Positions 36,779 to 46,571 of a stretch of 64,000 nucleotides of DNA are shown piece by piece. A model generated the notes under the pieces. The model saw only the letters and a list, made by a program, of their open reading frames with translations, was not told the DNA's origin and did not search any database. Every line of letters begins with the position of its first letter. Within the stretch, counting starts at the first letter, position 1. Source of the stretch: an uncultured Collinsella sp. (GTDB taxonomy: Bacteria > Actinomycetota > Coriobacteriia > Coriobacteriales > Coriobacteriaceae). The DNA is taken from assembly GCA_905198355.1 (NCBI GenBank), contig CAJKCG010000001.1, positions 52,347-116,346 on the forward strand, read 5' to 3'. Made by a program: the position numbers and the translations under genes.

Positions 36779-37633
36779 TTAGTTGGCGGGCTGGAAGAAG
36801 GCTACGGCTACGGCGCCGGGACCTACGTGGGTGCCGATGGTGGCGCCGATGGTGTGGACGGGCAGCTCGCCCTCGGTGCGGTCAGCCCACAGGGCCGCGC
36901 TGTCCTCGATATACTTCTTGAGCACCGCATCCGAAAGACCCGTATAGCCAAGCGCCAGCGGCATGGCAAAGTCGACGCCGCCCGCCTTTTCGACCTTCTG
37001 GTTCAGCAGGTTACGACCGTTCTTGGAGCCGCGCGCCTTGCCCAGCTGTACGATCAGACCGTCCTCTACAGCCACCACAGGCTTTACGTTGAGCAGTGTA
37101 CCCACGGCGCCCGCAGCAGCAGACAGGCGACCGCCGCGCACCAGATACTCCAGCGTCTCGAGCAGGCCGATAACCACCACACGGTCGCGCACGGCCTCGA
37201 CAGCCGCCGCAATCTGAGATGCACTGCGGCCCTCGTCCACCAAGCGCAGCGCATACTCGACCAGGACGCGCTCGCCCAGGGTGACGTTGTTGCTGTCTAC
37301 CACGAACACGTCGCCACCTGGCGCCTCGGCAAGTGCGGTACGGGCACTCTGATTGGTGCCTGATAGCTTAGCGCCCACGGTAATAATCACAGCCTCATCG
37401 CCGGCTTCACGAACCTTGGCAATCGCCTGCGAAAACGTGTACGGGTTGACCTGGCCGGTCTTGGGCAGCTCATCGCGCTCCACGAGCATCTCGTAAAAGC
37501 GCTGGTGATCGATGTCGATGCCATCCATGTACACATCGGTGCCAAAGGTGACGGACAGCGGCAAAACGGCCAGCGCCGGATGCTCCGACGGCGACATATC
37601 GCTTGCAGAATCGGTAATAATACGGACGGACAT
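36779..37633 (-). CDS. DegV-family fatty-acid-binding protein
   Basis: 284 aa from ATG at 37633; MSVRIITDSASD N-terminus typical of DegV. Confidence 0.8.
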   Translation of the reverse strand: MSVRIITDSASDMSPSEHPALAVLPLSVTFGTDVYMDGIDIDHQRFYEMLVERDELPKTGQVNPYTFSQAIAKVREAGDEAVIITVGAKLSGTNQSARTALAEAPGGDVFVVDSNNVTLGERVLVEYALRLVDEGRSASQIAAAVEAVRDRVVVIGLLETLEYLVRGGRLSAAAGAVGTLLNVKPVVAVEDGLIVQLGKARGSKNGRNLLNQKVEKAGGVDFAMPLALGYTGLSDAVLKKYIEDSAALWADRTEGELPVHTIGATIGTHVGPGAVAVAFFQPAN

Positions 37634-37752
37634 AGTGAATCCTTTCTTGCGCAGGTCTCGCACAGGGAATTTTGACAGCAATGCCCCGGCGCGGCGTACG
37701 CGCTCAAACGGGACTCTGCAGTTGTTTATTGAAAGCAAATGCTCCAGCGACT

Positions 37753-38202
37753 CTACAGCTCGCGCAGGGTGTTGAGAATCGTGCGCAGCGACGCGTACAT
37801 CTGCTCGCGCTGCTCCACGCCCATGGTCTTGCCGGTGGTGTCGAGCACTTCGCGAATAATGCGATCGGCCTCGTTCATGCTCTCGCCGCCCAACGTGGTC
37901 AGGCGAACCGGAGCACGGTATTTAACGGCGGCATCGCCCGAATCTTCGACCTCGACGTAGCCGCCCTCCTCCAGATGCGCCAGCGTGCGCGAAACGGCGG
38001 CACGGGTCACGCCTGCCATGCGGGCGAGGTCAGCGCCAGTCAAGCCGTCCTTGCTGCGCTCAAGATAGTACAGGCACATGACATCGGAGCCCTTAAGGCC
38101 GAGCCTTGCGCCTTCGGACGTCTTAATGCGCTGGATCTCCTTGTAGAGACCGCTGATCAGTCCGACAAAGTCCTCGAAACGTGTCTCGTCGCTCTGCTGC
38201 AT
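37753..38202 (-). CDS. MarR-family transcriptional regulator
   Basis: Winged-helix ...LTGADLARMAGVTRAAVSRTLAHLEEGGYV...; start uncertain. Confidence 0.7.
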   Translation of the reverse strand: MQQSDETRFEDFVGLISGLYKEIQRIKTSEGARLGLKGSDVMCLYYLERSKDGLTGADLARMAGVTRAAVSRTLAHLEEGGYVEVEDSGDAAVKYRAPVRLTTLGGESMNEADRIIREVLDTTGKTMGVEQREQMYASLRTILNTLREL

Positions 38203-38305
38203 GGGAGACAACCGCCTTTCGCTTGCATAATGCTTACGGGTAAACATCTTAGTCGCATAAGGCGACACCCATACCCAAATACCCCATTTGTTAACCCATC
38301 AACAT

Positions 38306-38347
38306 AAAAACCACCACAAAGGGGACAGGCACCTTTGTGGTGGTTTT
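38306..38347. repeat. 40-bp hairpin repeat, copy 5
   Basis: Same stem and loop as copy 1. Confidence 0.8.
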
Positions 38348-38375
38348 GACCGGCGAACATGATCCGCTGGCGTCG

Positions 38376-39095
38376 CTACAGCTCCACGCAGGGATTGTCG
38401 CGGGTCACAAGCGCCTTAACGACAACCGTAGCGCCCAGATAGCGCTTAAGCAGCTCGGCTAAGCGATCGATCGCAGCCTGGCAATCCCCCATCCGCTCGG
38501 GCTCCACGCACTCAATCGCCAGGAACGCATCGGCCGAATCGTCGGACAGGGCCGTTCGAACGCCGTCGCGCCAGTTCCAGCAGCGGCACACGGCGCCCGC
38601 ATCATCGATGTAGGCGAGCTCGCCGGGCAGCGTCGGATCGTCCGCCTCCTCGCCAAGCGGCAAGAACGCATCGCCACCGTCGGTCACCTTCAAGCGAAGG
38701 TCTCCCTCGATCGCATGCAGATCCTCGCCTCCCACGGGCAGCGCGTAGGTCAGCGACACCGTGTTGTAGATGTCCACCGCGGGCGTAATGTGGCCCACAG
38801 GCTTGCCCTTAAGCACGCGCTTGAGCAAGTTCTCGATTGAGCAGCGGGCGCCCTTTTTAGTCTTGAACAGCCGGTACGCGTCGCGCCATGCCTTGACCGG
38901 CGCGTTCTCGCTGATGGTATCGCTAGTCAGGTGGCGCTCCGCATCGATGTTGGCGCGGTCAAGCAGCGCGGCGATCGCATCCACGTCCTCCTGGGGAATC
39001 TGAGCCGCGGGCTTCATGCCCTTTACGACCACCACACCGACCGCTGCCTGCGGAAACAGCTCCCAAAACGAATTCTCGGCAATAAAGCTCTTCAT
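38376..39095 (-). CDS. B3/4-domain protein (PheT-related tRNA-binding domain family)
   Basis: 239 aa; conserved SIENLLKRV...ITPAVDIYN region typical of stand-alone B3/4 proteins. Confidence 0.5.
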   Translation of the reverse strand: MKSFIAENSFWELFPQAAVGVVVVKGMKPAAQIPQEDVDAIAALLDRANIDAERHLTSDTISENAPVKAWRDAYRLFKTKKGARCSIENLLKRVLKGKPVGHITPAVDIYNTVSLTYALPVGGEDLHAIEGDLRLKVTDGGDAFLPLGEEADDPTLPGELAYIDDAGAVCRCWNWRDGVRTALSDDSADAFLAIECVEPERMGDCQAAIDRLAELLKRYLGATVVVKALVTRDNPCVEL

Positions 39096-39266
39096 ACGCT
39101 CTCCCTTCATTGTGCGCGCCCGAGTGAGGGCGCCTAAACAAAAAGCGCCCTTACAACGGCCACCTTCAAAGTCCTACGGTGCCGTCACAAGAACGCTTGC
39201 GCTGTCCCCATCCGGAGAAGGGGACGATATGTCAGGCGTATTGTAACCCGAGTCATCCACGCGAGC

Positions 39267-39303
39267 AAAACCACCACAAAGGTGCCTGTCCCCTTTGTGG
39301 TGG
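39267..39303. repeat. 40-bp hairpin repeat, copy 6 (inverted loop, truncated right arm)
   Basis: AAAACCACCACAAAGGTGCCTGTCCCCTTTGTGGTGG. Confidence 0.75.
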
Positions 39304-39322
39304 ATATGGACTTGAGGCGACG

Positions 39323-40993
39323 CTAGTGGCGAAGCCCCAGCAGCCCACGGCCGCGATGACGGGCCTCGGCGGACACCTGGGCGTGCGGGCCGGCGGCCTT
39401 GACGGACTCGGGCAGGTGCGAGTACTTCTTCTCGAAGTTCTCCTCGAACATCACCGCCAGGTTGTGCGCGGCCTCGTCGTAGCGCGCGGTGCTCTGCCAG
39501 TACTGGCGCGGCACCAGGATGCCGTCGGGCACACCGTGGCACGTCGTGGGAATGTCGACATTAAAGATATCGTCGTGCAAGAACTCGCTGTCCTCGATGG
39601 TGCCGTCGAGGGCGCGGGCCACCAGGGCGCGCGTGTAGGCAAGCTCGATGCGATGGCCCACGCCATAACCGCCGCCAATCCAGCCGGTGTTGACCAGATA
39701 AACGCGGGTGCGGCCGTCGGCGATACGCTCGCCGAGCATCTTGGCATAGACCATGGGGTCGAGCGGCATAAACGGCTCGCCAAACAGCGAGGAGAACGTG
39801 GGCGTGGGCTCGGTGACGCCGACCTCGGTGCCGGGGATCTTGGCCGTAAAGCCCGTCACAAAGTGGTACATGGCGGCATCGGCCGTCAGGCGTGAGATGG
39901 GCGGCAACACGCCAAAGGCGTCGCAGGTCAAAAACAGCACGACGCTCGGGGTGGTGCCCATACCCTTGGTCCACGCGTTGGGAATGTGCTCCACAGGGTA
40001 GGCCACGCGCGTGTTGTGCGTGATCGAGACGTCGTCGTAGTTGGGCTTGCGATTCTCATCGAGCACCACGTTTTCGCAAATGGCGCCAAAGCGAACGGCG
40101 TTGAAGATCTCGGGCTCGTGGAACGCGTCCAGGCCCTCACACTTGGCGTAGCAGCCGCCCTCGACGTTAAAGATGCCCATGTCGGACCAACCGTGCTCGT
40201 CGTCGCCGATCAGCAGGCGCGTGGGGTTGGCCGAAAGCGTAGTCTTGCCGGTGCCCGACAGGCCAAAGAACACGGCGGTCTCGTGCGTGACGGGATCCAT
40301 GCTGGCCGAGCAGTGCATGGGCAGTACGTCGTCCTCGACAGGCAGCAGGTAATTCATGACGCTGAAGATGGACTTTTTGATTTCGCCGGAGTAGCCGGTG
40401 CCGGCAACCAGAATCACGCGTTCCTGGAAGTTGATGACCACGGCGGCGCTGGAGTTGAGGCCCTTGATGGCAGGATCGCACTGGTAACCGGGTGCCGCGA
40501 GCACGCAAAAGTCCGGCTCGCCAGTGCGTGCGATTTCGCGGGCGAGCGGGCGAGCGAGCATCTGCTTAATAAAGAGCGCCTGGCTGGCACGCTCGCAGGC
40601 GACGAGCAGGCGGCGCGTATGGTTACGGTCGGCGCCTGCCATGCCGCGGGTGACGAACACGTCGCGCTCGTTGAGATAGTCGACGACGCCGGCCTTGATG
40701 GCCTCATAGCTCTCGACGGACAGCGGTCGGTTGACGGCACCCCAGGCGATCTTGTCGTGGACATCGGGGGTGTCAACGATAAAGCGGTCGTTAGGCGAGC
40801 GGCCAGTGCGCTCCCCCGTCTCGATCACGAGTGCGCCGTTGGAGGCCATGCGGCCTTCTTCGCGACGGATGGCATACTCGACGAGCTCTGCCGCCGGCAG
40901 GTCCACCAGCAGGCGGGGCTGGTTCTCGGCGGGATCTTCGACCAGAGTAATACCAAAATTGGACAGAACTTCTGCAGGGGTAACACCAGGCAT
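39323..40993 (-). CDS. pckA: phosphoenolpyruvate carboxykinase (ATP)
   Basis: 556 aa from ATG at 40993 with AAAGGAGG RBS; GLSGTGKTTLS kinase-1a and NTGWIGGGYG motifs. Confidence 0.9.
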   Translation of the reverse strand: MPGVTPAEVLSNFGITLVEDPAENQPRLLVDLPAAELVEYAIRREEGRMASNGALVIETGERTGRSPNDRFIVDTPDVHDKIAWGAVNRPLSVESYEAIKAGVVDYLNERDVFVTRGMAGADRNHTRRLLVACERASQALFIKQMLARPLAREIARTGEPDFCVLAAPGYQCDPAIKGLNSSAAVVINFQERVILVAGTGYSGEIKKSIFSVMNYLLPVEDDVLPMHCSASMDPVTHETAVFFGLSGTGKTTLSANPTRLLIGDDEHGWSDMGIFNVEGGCYAKCEGLDAFHEPEIFNAVRFGAICENVVLDENRKPNYDDVSITHNTRVAYPVEHIPNAWTKGMGTTPSVVLFLTCDAFGVLPPISRLTADAAMYHFVTGFTAKIPGTEVGVTEPTPTFSSLFGEPFMPLDPMVYAKMLGERIADGRTRVYLVNTGWIGGGYGVGHRIELAYTRALVARALDGTIEDSEFLHDDIFNVDIPTTCHGVPDGILVPRQYWQSTARYDEAAHNLAVMFEENFEKKYSHLPESVKAAGPHAQVSAEARHRGRGLLGLRH

Positions 40994-41130
40994 GGGGCCT
41001 CCTTTAAAAACGCGGCACGTGGACGCGGCGCGCACTTTACTCACGTAAAGCCCGTTGTACCCGATATGCAAAAACGTTTTTGCGGCAACGGCGAAGCGCC
41101 CGCCCAACGGTCAAAAATCGCACGCAAGCG

Positions 41131-41180
41131 GACTAGTCATTGGGGACGTTCTTAAACGACTAGCCATCAGGGACACTCTT
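41131..41180. repeat. ~50-bp repeat (copy 2), in the divergent pckA/flippase promoter region
   Basis: GACTAGTCATTGGGGACGTTCTTAAACGACTAG...GGACACTCTT; copy 1 at 21591-21640. Followed by two further hairpins (GGGACACTC...GAGTGTCCC; GCCGGCACTT...AAGTGCCGGC). Confidence 0.6.
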
Positions 41181-41344
41181 GAACAGGCAACAACCAAGGA
41201 GTGTCCCCAGATGCCGGCACTTAGGAACGTTCCCAAAGTGCCGGCTACTGAATGGCGCCGCCGAAATTATTGAACAAACTGTTCAAAAACACGAATGGAT
41301 ACCACCGCGACTATACTAGAGCGCAGCAATAGAAAGGAATCTCC

Positions 41345-42928
41345 TTGAGCATCACGCCCCTCGATAGCATTCGCCGCGCCATCGCCCGCCGCAACGGCAT
41401 CTCCAACCCCGCTGCATCGAAAGACGGCGCCGCGAAGGCCCAGGGCGGACGCATCGAGAATGGCCTGTTCCCCGCCTCCCACACGGCCGAAGAGCTCGCG
41501 CGCATCCAGGAGCTGAGCCAGCGCAACGCCGGCGGCCCCGACAGCAGCCAGGCCACGCGCCGTCGCCGGCGCGAACGCGATCGGGAGCCCGGCCCCGTCC
41601 GCCGCATGGTCAACGCTTGGTGGAACCGTCTGCTCGGTGCCGTCTACGGCGGCGGCTTCTCCATGCAGGAAGCGGAATACGAGGAGCACGCCACCAGTCG
41701 CGACTATCTTTGGAACACCCTCGGCACCGCCGTGTGGGGCTTGGCATTTCCGCTGCTCACCATCGTGTCTACGCAGCTCGTGGGCGCCGAAGAAGCAGGC
41801 AAATTCTCCATCGCCTTTGTCACCGGCACGCTCATCATGATCGCGTGCAACTACGGCGTGCGCAATTTCCAGGTCTCGGACATCGACGAAAAGACGTCGT
41901 TCGCCTCCTACCAGCTCAACCGCTGGCTTTGCGGAGCGCTCGCCCTAGGCTGCGGCCTCATGTACAGCAGCGCCCGCGGCTATGACACGCAGATGGCGAC
42001 GATCGGCCTGGGCGTCTACCTGTATAAGGTCATCGACGGCGTCGCCGACGTGTACGAAGGCCGCCTGCAGCAGGCCGACAAGCTCTACCTGGCTGGCATG
42101 AGCCAAACGCTACGCTCCGTCGGCGTCATCGCGGTCTTCAGCGTGGCGCTGTTCCTCACGCGCAGCATGCCCATCGCGGCCATGGCCATGGGTGTCACCG
42201 CCATCGCCTCGCTCGTGCTGGTCACCGCGCCGCTCGCCCTGCTCGAGACCGAAAAATCGCGCCGTGTGAGCCTGCGCGAGGTCGGCCACCTGTTTGTCCA
42301 GTGCGCTCCGCTCTTTGGTGCACTGTTCCTGTTCAACCTCATCGAGAGCATGCCCAAGTTTGTAATGGAAGGCGCGCTGGCCTACAAATACCAGCTGTAC
42401 TTTAATGCCCTGTTCTTTCCGGCGCAGGCTATTTTGCTGAGCATCGGATTTGTCTATAAACCGCAGCTTTTGCATCTGTCGAGCATTTGGGCGAACCCGC
42501 GCAAACGCCGCCGTTTTGACTTGATTATTGTTGCCGTTATGGCGCTGATCGTGGCCATCACCGGCGTGTGCGCCGCATTTATGGCAGGTCCCGGTATTCC
42601 CCTCATGAGCTTTATGTACGGTCTCAGCTTTGAGCGCTACCGTACGCTGGCGCTGCTAATGGTCGTCGCCGGCGGCGTCACCGCGGCCATCGATTTTATC
42701 TACGCCATCATCACGGTGCTGCGCCACGCTGGAGACGTCACCAAGATCTACCTGATCTGCTTCGCCGTAAGCGTGGTGCTGCCGGTGATCCTGATTAAGC
42801 TGCTGGGTCTGATGGGCGCCGTGGTGAGCTACCTAGCCATCATGGCCCTTCTGCTGGTGCTGCTGATAATCGAGTACGCCCACATCCGCCAACGCATCGA
42901 ACGCGACCGCAACCCATACGGCGCCTAA
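41345..42928 (+). CDS. MOP-superfamily polysaccharide/lipid-II flippase-like membrane protein
   Basis: 527 aa; ~12 TM helices after a basic N-terminal tail; TTG start with AAAGGA RBS. Confidence 0.55.
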   Translation: MSITPLDSIRRAIARRNGISNPAASKDGAAKAQGGRIENGLFPASHTAEELARIQELSQRNAGGPDSSQATRRRRRERDREPGPVRRMVNAWWNRLLGAVYGGGFSMQEAEYEEHATSRDYLWNTLGTAVWGLAFPLLTIVSTQLVGAEEAGKFSIAFVTGTLIMIACNYGVRNFQVSDIDEKTSFASYQLNRWLCGALALGCGLMYSSARGYDTQMATIGLGVYLYKVIDGVADVYEGRLQQADKLYLAGMSQTLRSVGVIAVFSVALFLTRSMPIAAMAMGVTAIASLVLVTAPLALLETEKSRRVSLREVGHLFVQCAPLFGALFLFNLIESMPKFVMEGALAYKYQLYFNALFFPAQAILLSIGFVYKPQLLHLSSIWANPRKRRRFDLIIVAVMALIVAITGVCAAFMAGPGIPLMSFMYGLSFERYRTLALLMVVAGGVTAAIDFIYAIITVLRHAGDVTKIYLICFAVSVVLPVILIKLLGLMGAVVSYLAIMALLLVLLIIEYAHIRQRIERDRNPYGA

Positions 42929-42960
42929 TTAGCTGCCCCGGTCATCGGAATTTGCGATGG

Positions 42961-43135
42961 AATCGCCCCGGCTGGGGTCTCGTTGAAGACAATATGCATC
43001 ACGTAAAACTAAGTGAGTAGATTTTTACCGAATCCCCGACCATACCGACAGAGCACTAGTCTGTGACCTGCGGTTTTATTGAGGCAAATATGTTGGGTGC
43101 TCGGCATTTCCAAAAAAGCCTACTCACTTAGCCAG
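42961..43135. repeat. 175-bp MITE-like element, copy 1 (13-bp terminal inverted repeats CTAAGTGAGTAG / CTACTCACTTAG)
   Basis: TIRs at 43009-43020 and 43120-43131. Direct copy at 45980-46158. Confidence 0.7.
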
Positions 43136-43242
43136 CGGGCAGCCAAATGATTTTAAAATCCCCGTCCCAGAGAAATCAATTAGCGGGCAGAAGGGCAAAA
43201 GTGGTCAAAAACCCTTCCCAAATTAGCTACCCCTTGCACCGA

Positions 43243-44082
43243 TTATTCGCCCGGGTTGATGTTCGCGTAGAACTCCGCCCCGTCGTCCAGGCGCAGGATG
43301 CCCACGCGACCGAACTCGGAGCCGGTGGCGGCGGCGCAGTCGATATCGATGCGATCGGGCACACCGGCGGTATCCTCGCCGCCCAGGCGCACAATCTGCC
43401 CGCGACCCGACTCCTCATCGAGCCCCGCCAGGCCGCCCACCTCGCAATAACGCCCGAGCGACACCGTGGGCGTGTGGCCGCTCACCACGACCGGGCCCTT
43501 GCCGTCGGCAGAAAGCAACCCTGTCGGCGCATCCCAGTAGCCGTGACGAATCCACAGCAAGTCATCGGACGACTGCACGGCAAGCATTTGCTGCAGCAAC
43601 TCGGCATCGACATCGACCGCTCCCCTGCCGTTGCCGCAATCGACACCGTGCTCAAGCAAAAAAGCGCGAGCAGCCTCGGTCTGGATGCCGGCATGCACCA
43701 GCAAATACGGGCGCTCGGCAGTCTGGGCCACTGCATAGAGCGGCAGCGCGGCCATCCATCGCACGAGCTCCTCGTATGCCTCAAATTCCATGTCGTTGAG
43801 CTGCTGACGGGTAGTCCAACCGCCGTTGATATCCCAGGTCTCGGCATCGAGCGGATCCTGGCCAATGATGGCATCGAGCATGATCTGCTCGTGATTGCCC
43901 TTGAGCACGCGGGCGTTGGGCAGCGAGCGCACGAGCTTAATAACGCCGACCGGATCGGGCCCGCGATCGATCATGTCGCCCAGCACGTACAGCGTGTCGT
44001 CGGAAGTCAACGAGATCTTAGACAGGGCCTCGTCAAGCGCACGCATGTGCCCGTGAGCATCAGATGTCACATAGATCGCCAT
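43243..44082 (-). CDS. metallophosphoesterase (PPP-family Ser/Thr phosphatase, ApaH/PrpE-like)
   Basis: 279 aa; DAHG...GDMIDRGPD...GNHE motifs. Confidence 0.75.
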   Translation of the reverse strand: MAIYVTSDAHGHMRALDEALSKISLTSDDTLYVLGDMIDRGPDPVGVIKLVRSLPNARVLKGNHEQIMLDAIIGQDPLDAETWDINGGWTTRQQLNDMEFEAYEELVRWMAALPLYAVAQTAERPYLLVHAGIQTEAARAFLLEHGVDCGNGRGAVDVDAELLQQMLAVQSSDDLLWIRHGYWDAPTGLLSADGKGPVVVSGHTPTVSLGRYCEVGGLAGLDEESGRGQIVRLGGEDTAGVPDRIDIDCAAATGSEFGRVGILRLDDGAEFYANINPGE

Positions 44083-44335
44083 GGTACGCCTCTCCTTGCA
44101 TTGCGGCCGAAGCCAGGCGCCGCAACTAAAACTTCAAGTTGAACTTAAACGTTACCCATTGTACTCCGTTGCAATAAAGCTGGAAAGGGTTTCCGAGCAG
44201 AGGCAAAGACGGAAGCCGTCTATGACGATATCGCGCACGCCCGCAATCCAACCCCATAAACCCACCATCTTTGGGTACAAATAACCGCAGACAACTGATC
44301 GTGCCACGCCAACCACCTAGGAGCGGACACTCCCT

Positions 44336-45937
44336 ATGAACCAGATTCTTCTCTTTATCGGCCTCGTCATTATTCTGTGCCTGACCATCAAACCCGTCGG
44401 CAAAAAGCTCCCCTTCCCCACCCTGCTCATCTTTATCGCGCTCGGCATGCTGTTGGGCGTCAACGGCCCGGCACATATCGACTTTAGCGACTATACGCTC
44501 ACCGAAACCGTCTGCAGTACGGCGCTGCTGTTCATCATGTTCTACGGCGGCTTTAACACCAATATCGACCGCGCCAAGCCCGTCGCTGCGCCGGCGGTGC
44601 TGCTGAGCACGCTCGGCGTCGTCATCACCGCAGGCATCACCGGCGTGTTCGCCCACTTCGCGCTGGGGTTCGACTGGATCGGCGGCCTGCTGCTGGGCTC
44701 GGTCGTGGCATCCACCGACGCGGCCAGCGTCTTTAGTGTTCTACGCGAGCACAACCTGTCGCTGAGGGGCGGGACTGACTCGCTGCTCGAGGTCGAATCG
44801 GGCTCCAACGACCCCGTCGCCTACATGCTCACCGCCGTGCTCGCGACCCTTGCGGCCGGCGGCGACATCAACATTCCCGCACTGCTGGCTAAGCAGATTA
44901 TCCTGGGTGTGGGCCTGGGCCTTGCCATCGGCTGGGCGGCGGGCCGCCTGATTGAACGCGCGCACGCAACTGCCGAAGGCGCGCAGACCATCTTTTTGTT
45001 CGCCGTGGCCATCATCGCCTACGCGCTGCCGAGCTACCTGGGCGGCAACGGCTTTTTGGCTGTATACCTGGCCGGCATTGTGCTGGGCGCCAGTGACATC
45101 ACCGGCAAAGTCGAGATGGCGCACTTCTTTGACACCCTCACCGAGATGGCCGAGATGACGATCTTCTTCTTGCTCGGCCTGCTCGTGACGCCCGCGCGCT
45201 TGCCGCAGATGCTGCTGCCGGGCCTGGCGCTCATGGCGTTTATGCTCTTTGCGAGCCGCCCCATCGCCGTCGGCGTGCTCCTGGCGCCCTTTAAGACGAA
45301 CCCCCGCCAGGTCGCGCTCGTAAGCTGGGCGGGCCTGCGCGGAGCAGCTTCGGTCGTCTTTAGTCTCTTTGCCGTGGTGGCCGGCGTTCCCGGCGGACAC
45401 GACCTATTTGACCTGGTGTTCGTGATTGCCGTGTCGAGCATTGTGGTACAGGGCTCGCTGCTGCCGGCGGTGGCGAAGAAGCTCGATATGATCGATGAGA
45501 CCGGCGACGTGCGCCGCACCTTTAACGACTACCGCGACGAGGACGGCATGTCGTTTGTAAAGCTCAAGGTGGGCGCTGGACATCCGTTTGCCGGACGCTC
45601 GCTCGCCGATATTGGCAGCGCGACGGACATGCTCGTGGTCCTGGTGCTGCGCGATGGCGCGCACCCGGTGCTGCCCAACGGCGATACCGTAATCCAGGAA
45701 GGCGATCTGCTGGTGATGGCCGCCCCAACGTTCGAAGAGCGTGCCGAGGTTACGCTGCGCGAAGTCACCGTAACGCCCCACGGTCGTCTGGCAGGCCAGC
45801 GCCTGCGCGACGTGCCGCAGGGCAAGCACCCCTTTATCGTCGTGATGCTCAAGCGCGAAGGCCAGACGATAATCCCCGATGGCAACACCCTCATATACGC
45901 CGGCGACGAAGCCGTCATCGCCACGCTGGCGTCGTAG
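44336..45937 (+). CDS. K+/H+ (CPA1, NhaP2-type) antiporter with C-terminal TrkA-C domains
   Basis: 533 aa; N-terminal 12-13 TM Na_H exchanger domain plus two RCK_C-like domains. Confidence 0.8.
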   Translation: MNQILLFIGLVIILCLTIKPVGKKLPFPTLLIFIALGMLLGVNGPAHIDFSDYTLTETVCSTALLFIMFYGGFNTNIDRAKPVAAPAVLLSTLGVVITAGITGVFAHFALGFDWIGGLLLGSVVASTDAASVFSVLREHNLSLRGGTDSLLEVESGSNDPVAYMLTAVLATLAAGGDINIPALLAKQIILGVGLGLAIGWAAGRLIERAHATAEGAQTIFLFAVAIIAYALPSYLGGNGFLAVYLAGIVLGASDITGKVEMAHFFDTLTEMAEMTIFFLLGLLVTPARLPQMLLPGLALMAFMLFASRPIAVGVLLAPFKTNPRQVALVSWAGLRGAASVVFSLFAVVAGVPGGHDLFDLVFVIAVSSIVVQGSLLPAVAKKLDMIDETGDVRRTFNDYRDEDGMSFVKLKVGAGHPFAGRSLADIGSATDMLVVLVLRDGAHPVLPNGDTVIQEGDLLVMAAPTFEERAEVTLREVTVTPHGRLAGQRLRDVPQGKHPFIVVMLKREGQTIIPDGNTLIYAGDEAVIATLAS

Positions 45938-45979
45938 CGGCCAGGGACAGCCGTCCCGTATTGGCTACATTTGAGCATC

Positions 45980-46158
45980 AATCGCCCCGACAGGGGTCTC
46001 GTTGAGGACAGTTAGTGTCTCCCAAGACTAAGTGAGTAGGCTTTTGTCGAATCGCCGACCACGTCATCAAAGCACAAGTCTGTGACCTGCAGGTTTGTTG
46101 AAGAAAAGACTTCGGGTGCTCAGCATTTCCAAAAAAGCCTACTCACTTAGCCGGCGGG
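45980..46158. repeat. 175-bp MITE-like element, copy 2
   Basis: Same orientation as copy 1. Together they bracket the phosphatase/antiporter pair. Confidence 0.7.
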
Positions 46159-46393
46159 TGGCCATAATAGAACCGCCGCGACGTCGTTGGACTCCGTTGC
46201 GGCGGTTTATCATGCATTTTCGCACAGCCGTGGGCACAAACACCCCGTCGCCCCATATGACAAAGGGGCAGTCCCTTTGTCACATTAAATAGAACTTCAG
46301 CAAGAAGCTGAGGAAAAAGAAGACCGAATGAGCCACCGCTCGCATCGCAACCATGGTATAAATGGATTGCGCTCCTTTATGGAGGGCAGTCAA

Positions 46394-46420
46394 GGGCCGG
46401 GGGATCCCCCCGGCATTTTT
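46394..46420 (+). terminator. terminator-like hairpin unit 1 (GCCGGGGGATCCCCCCGGC followed by ATTTTTG)
   Basis: Seen directly; a similar unit lies ~125 bp downstream. Confidence 0.5.
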
Positions 46421-46519
46421 GTTTTTAGGTCAACAGGAAATCGAGCGAAATGTCTCGTGTAGACCCGACATGCGGTTTCTGTTATAAAGATGTCGGTACC
46501 CTCGAATAGAGGGGCCTCC

Positions 46520-46548
46520 AAGAGCCGGGGTCTTACCTCCGGCATTTT
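46520..46548 (+). terminator. terminator-like hairpin unit 2 (GCCGGGGTCTTACCTCCGGC followed by ATTTTTT)
   Basis: Flanking sequence resembles unit 1 (GAGGGGC..CAAG.GCCGGGG). Confidence 0.5.
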
Positions 46549-46571
46549 TTATGCAATACGAGGCCTGCCCA

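Noticed and set aside
39986-41155. 389-aa plus-strand ORF
   Set aside because: It is antisense to pckA.
46300-46560. type III toxin-antitoxin RNA repeat array
   Set aside because: There are only two units, and no downstream toxin gene on the plus strand. Reported only as hairpin/terminator units.
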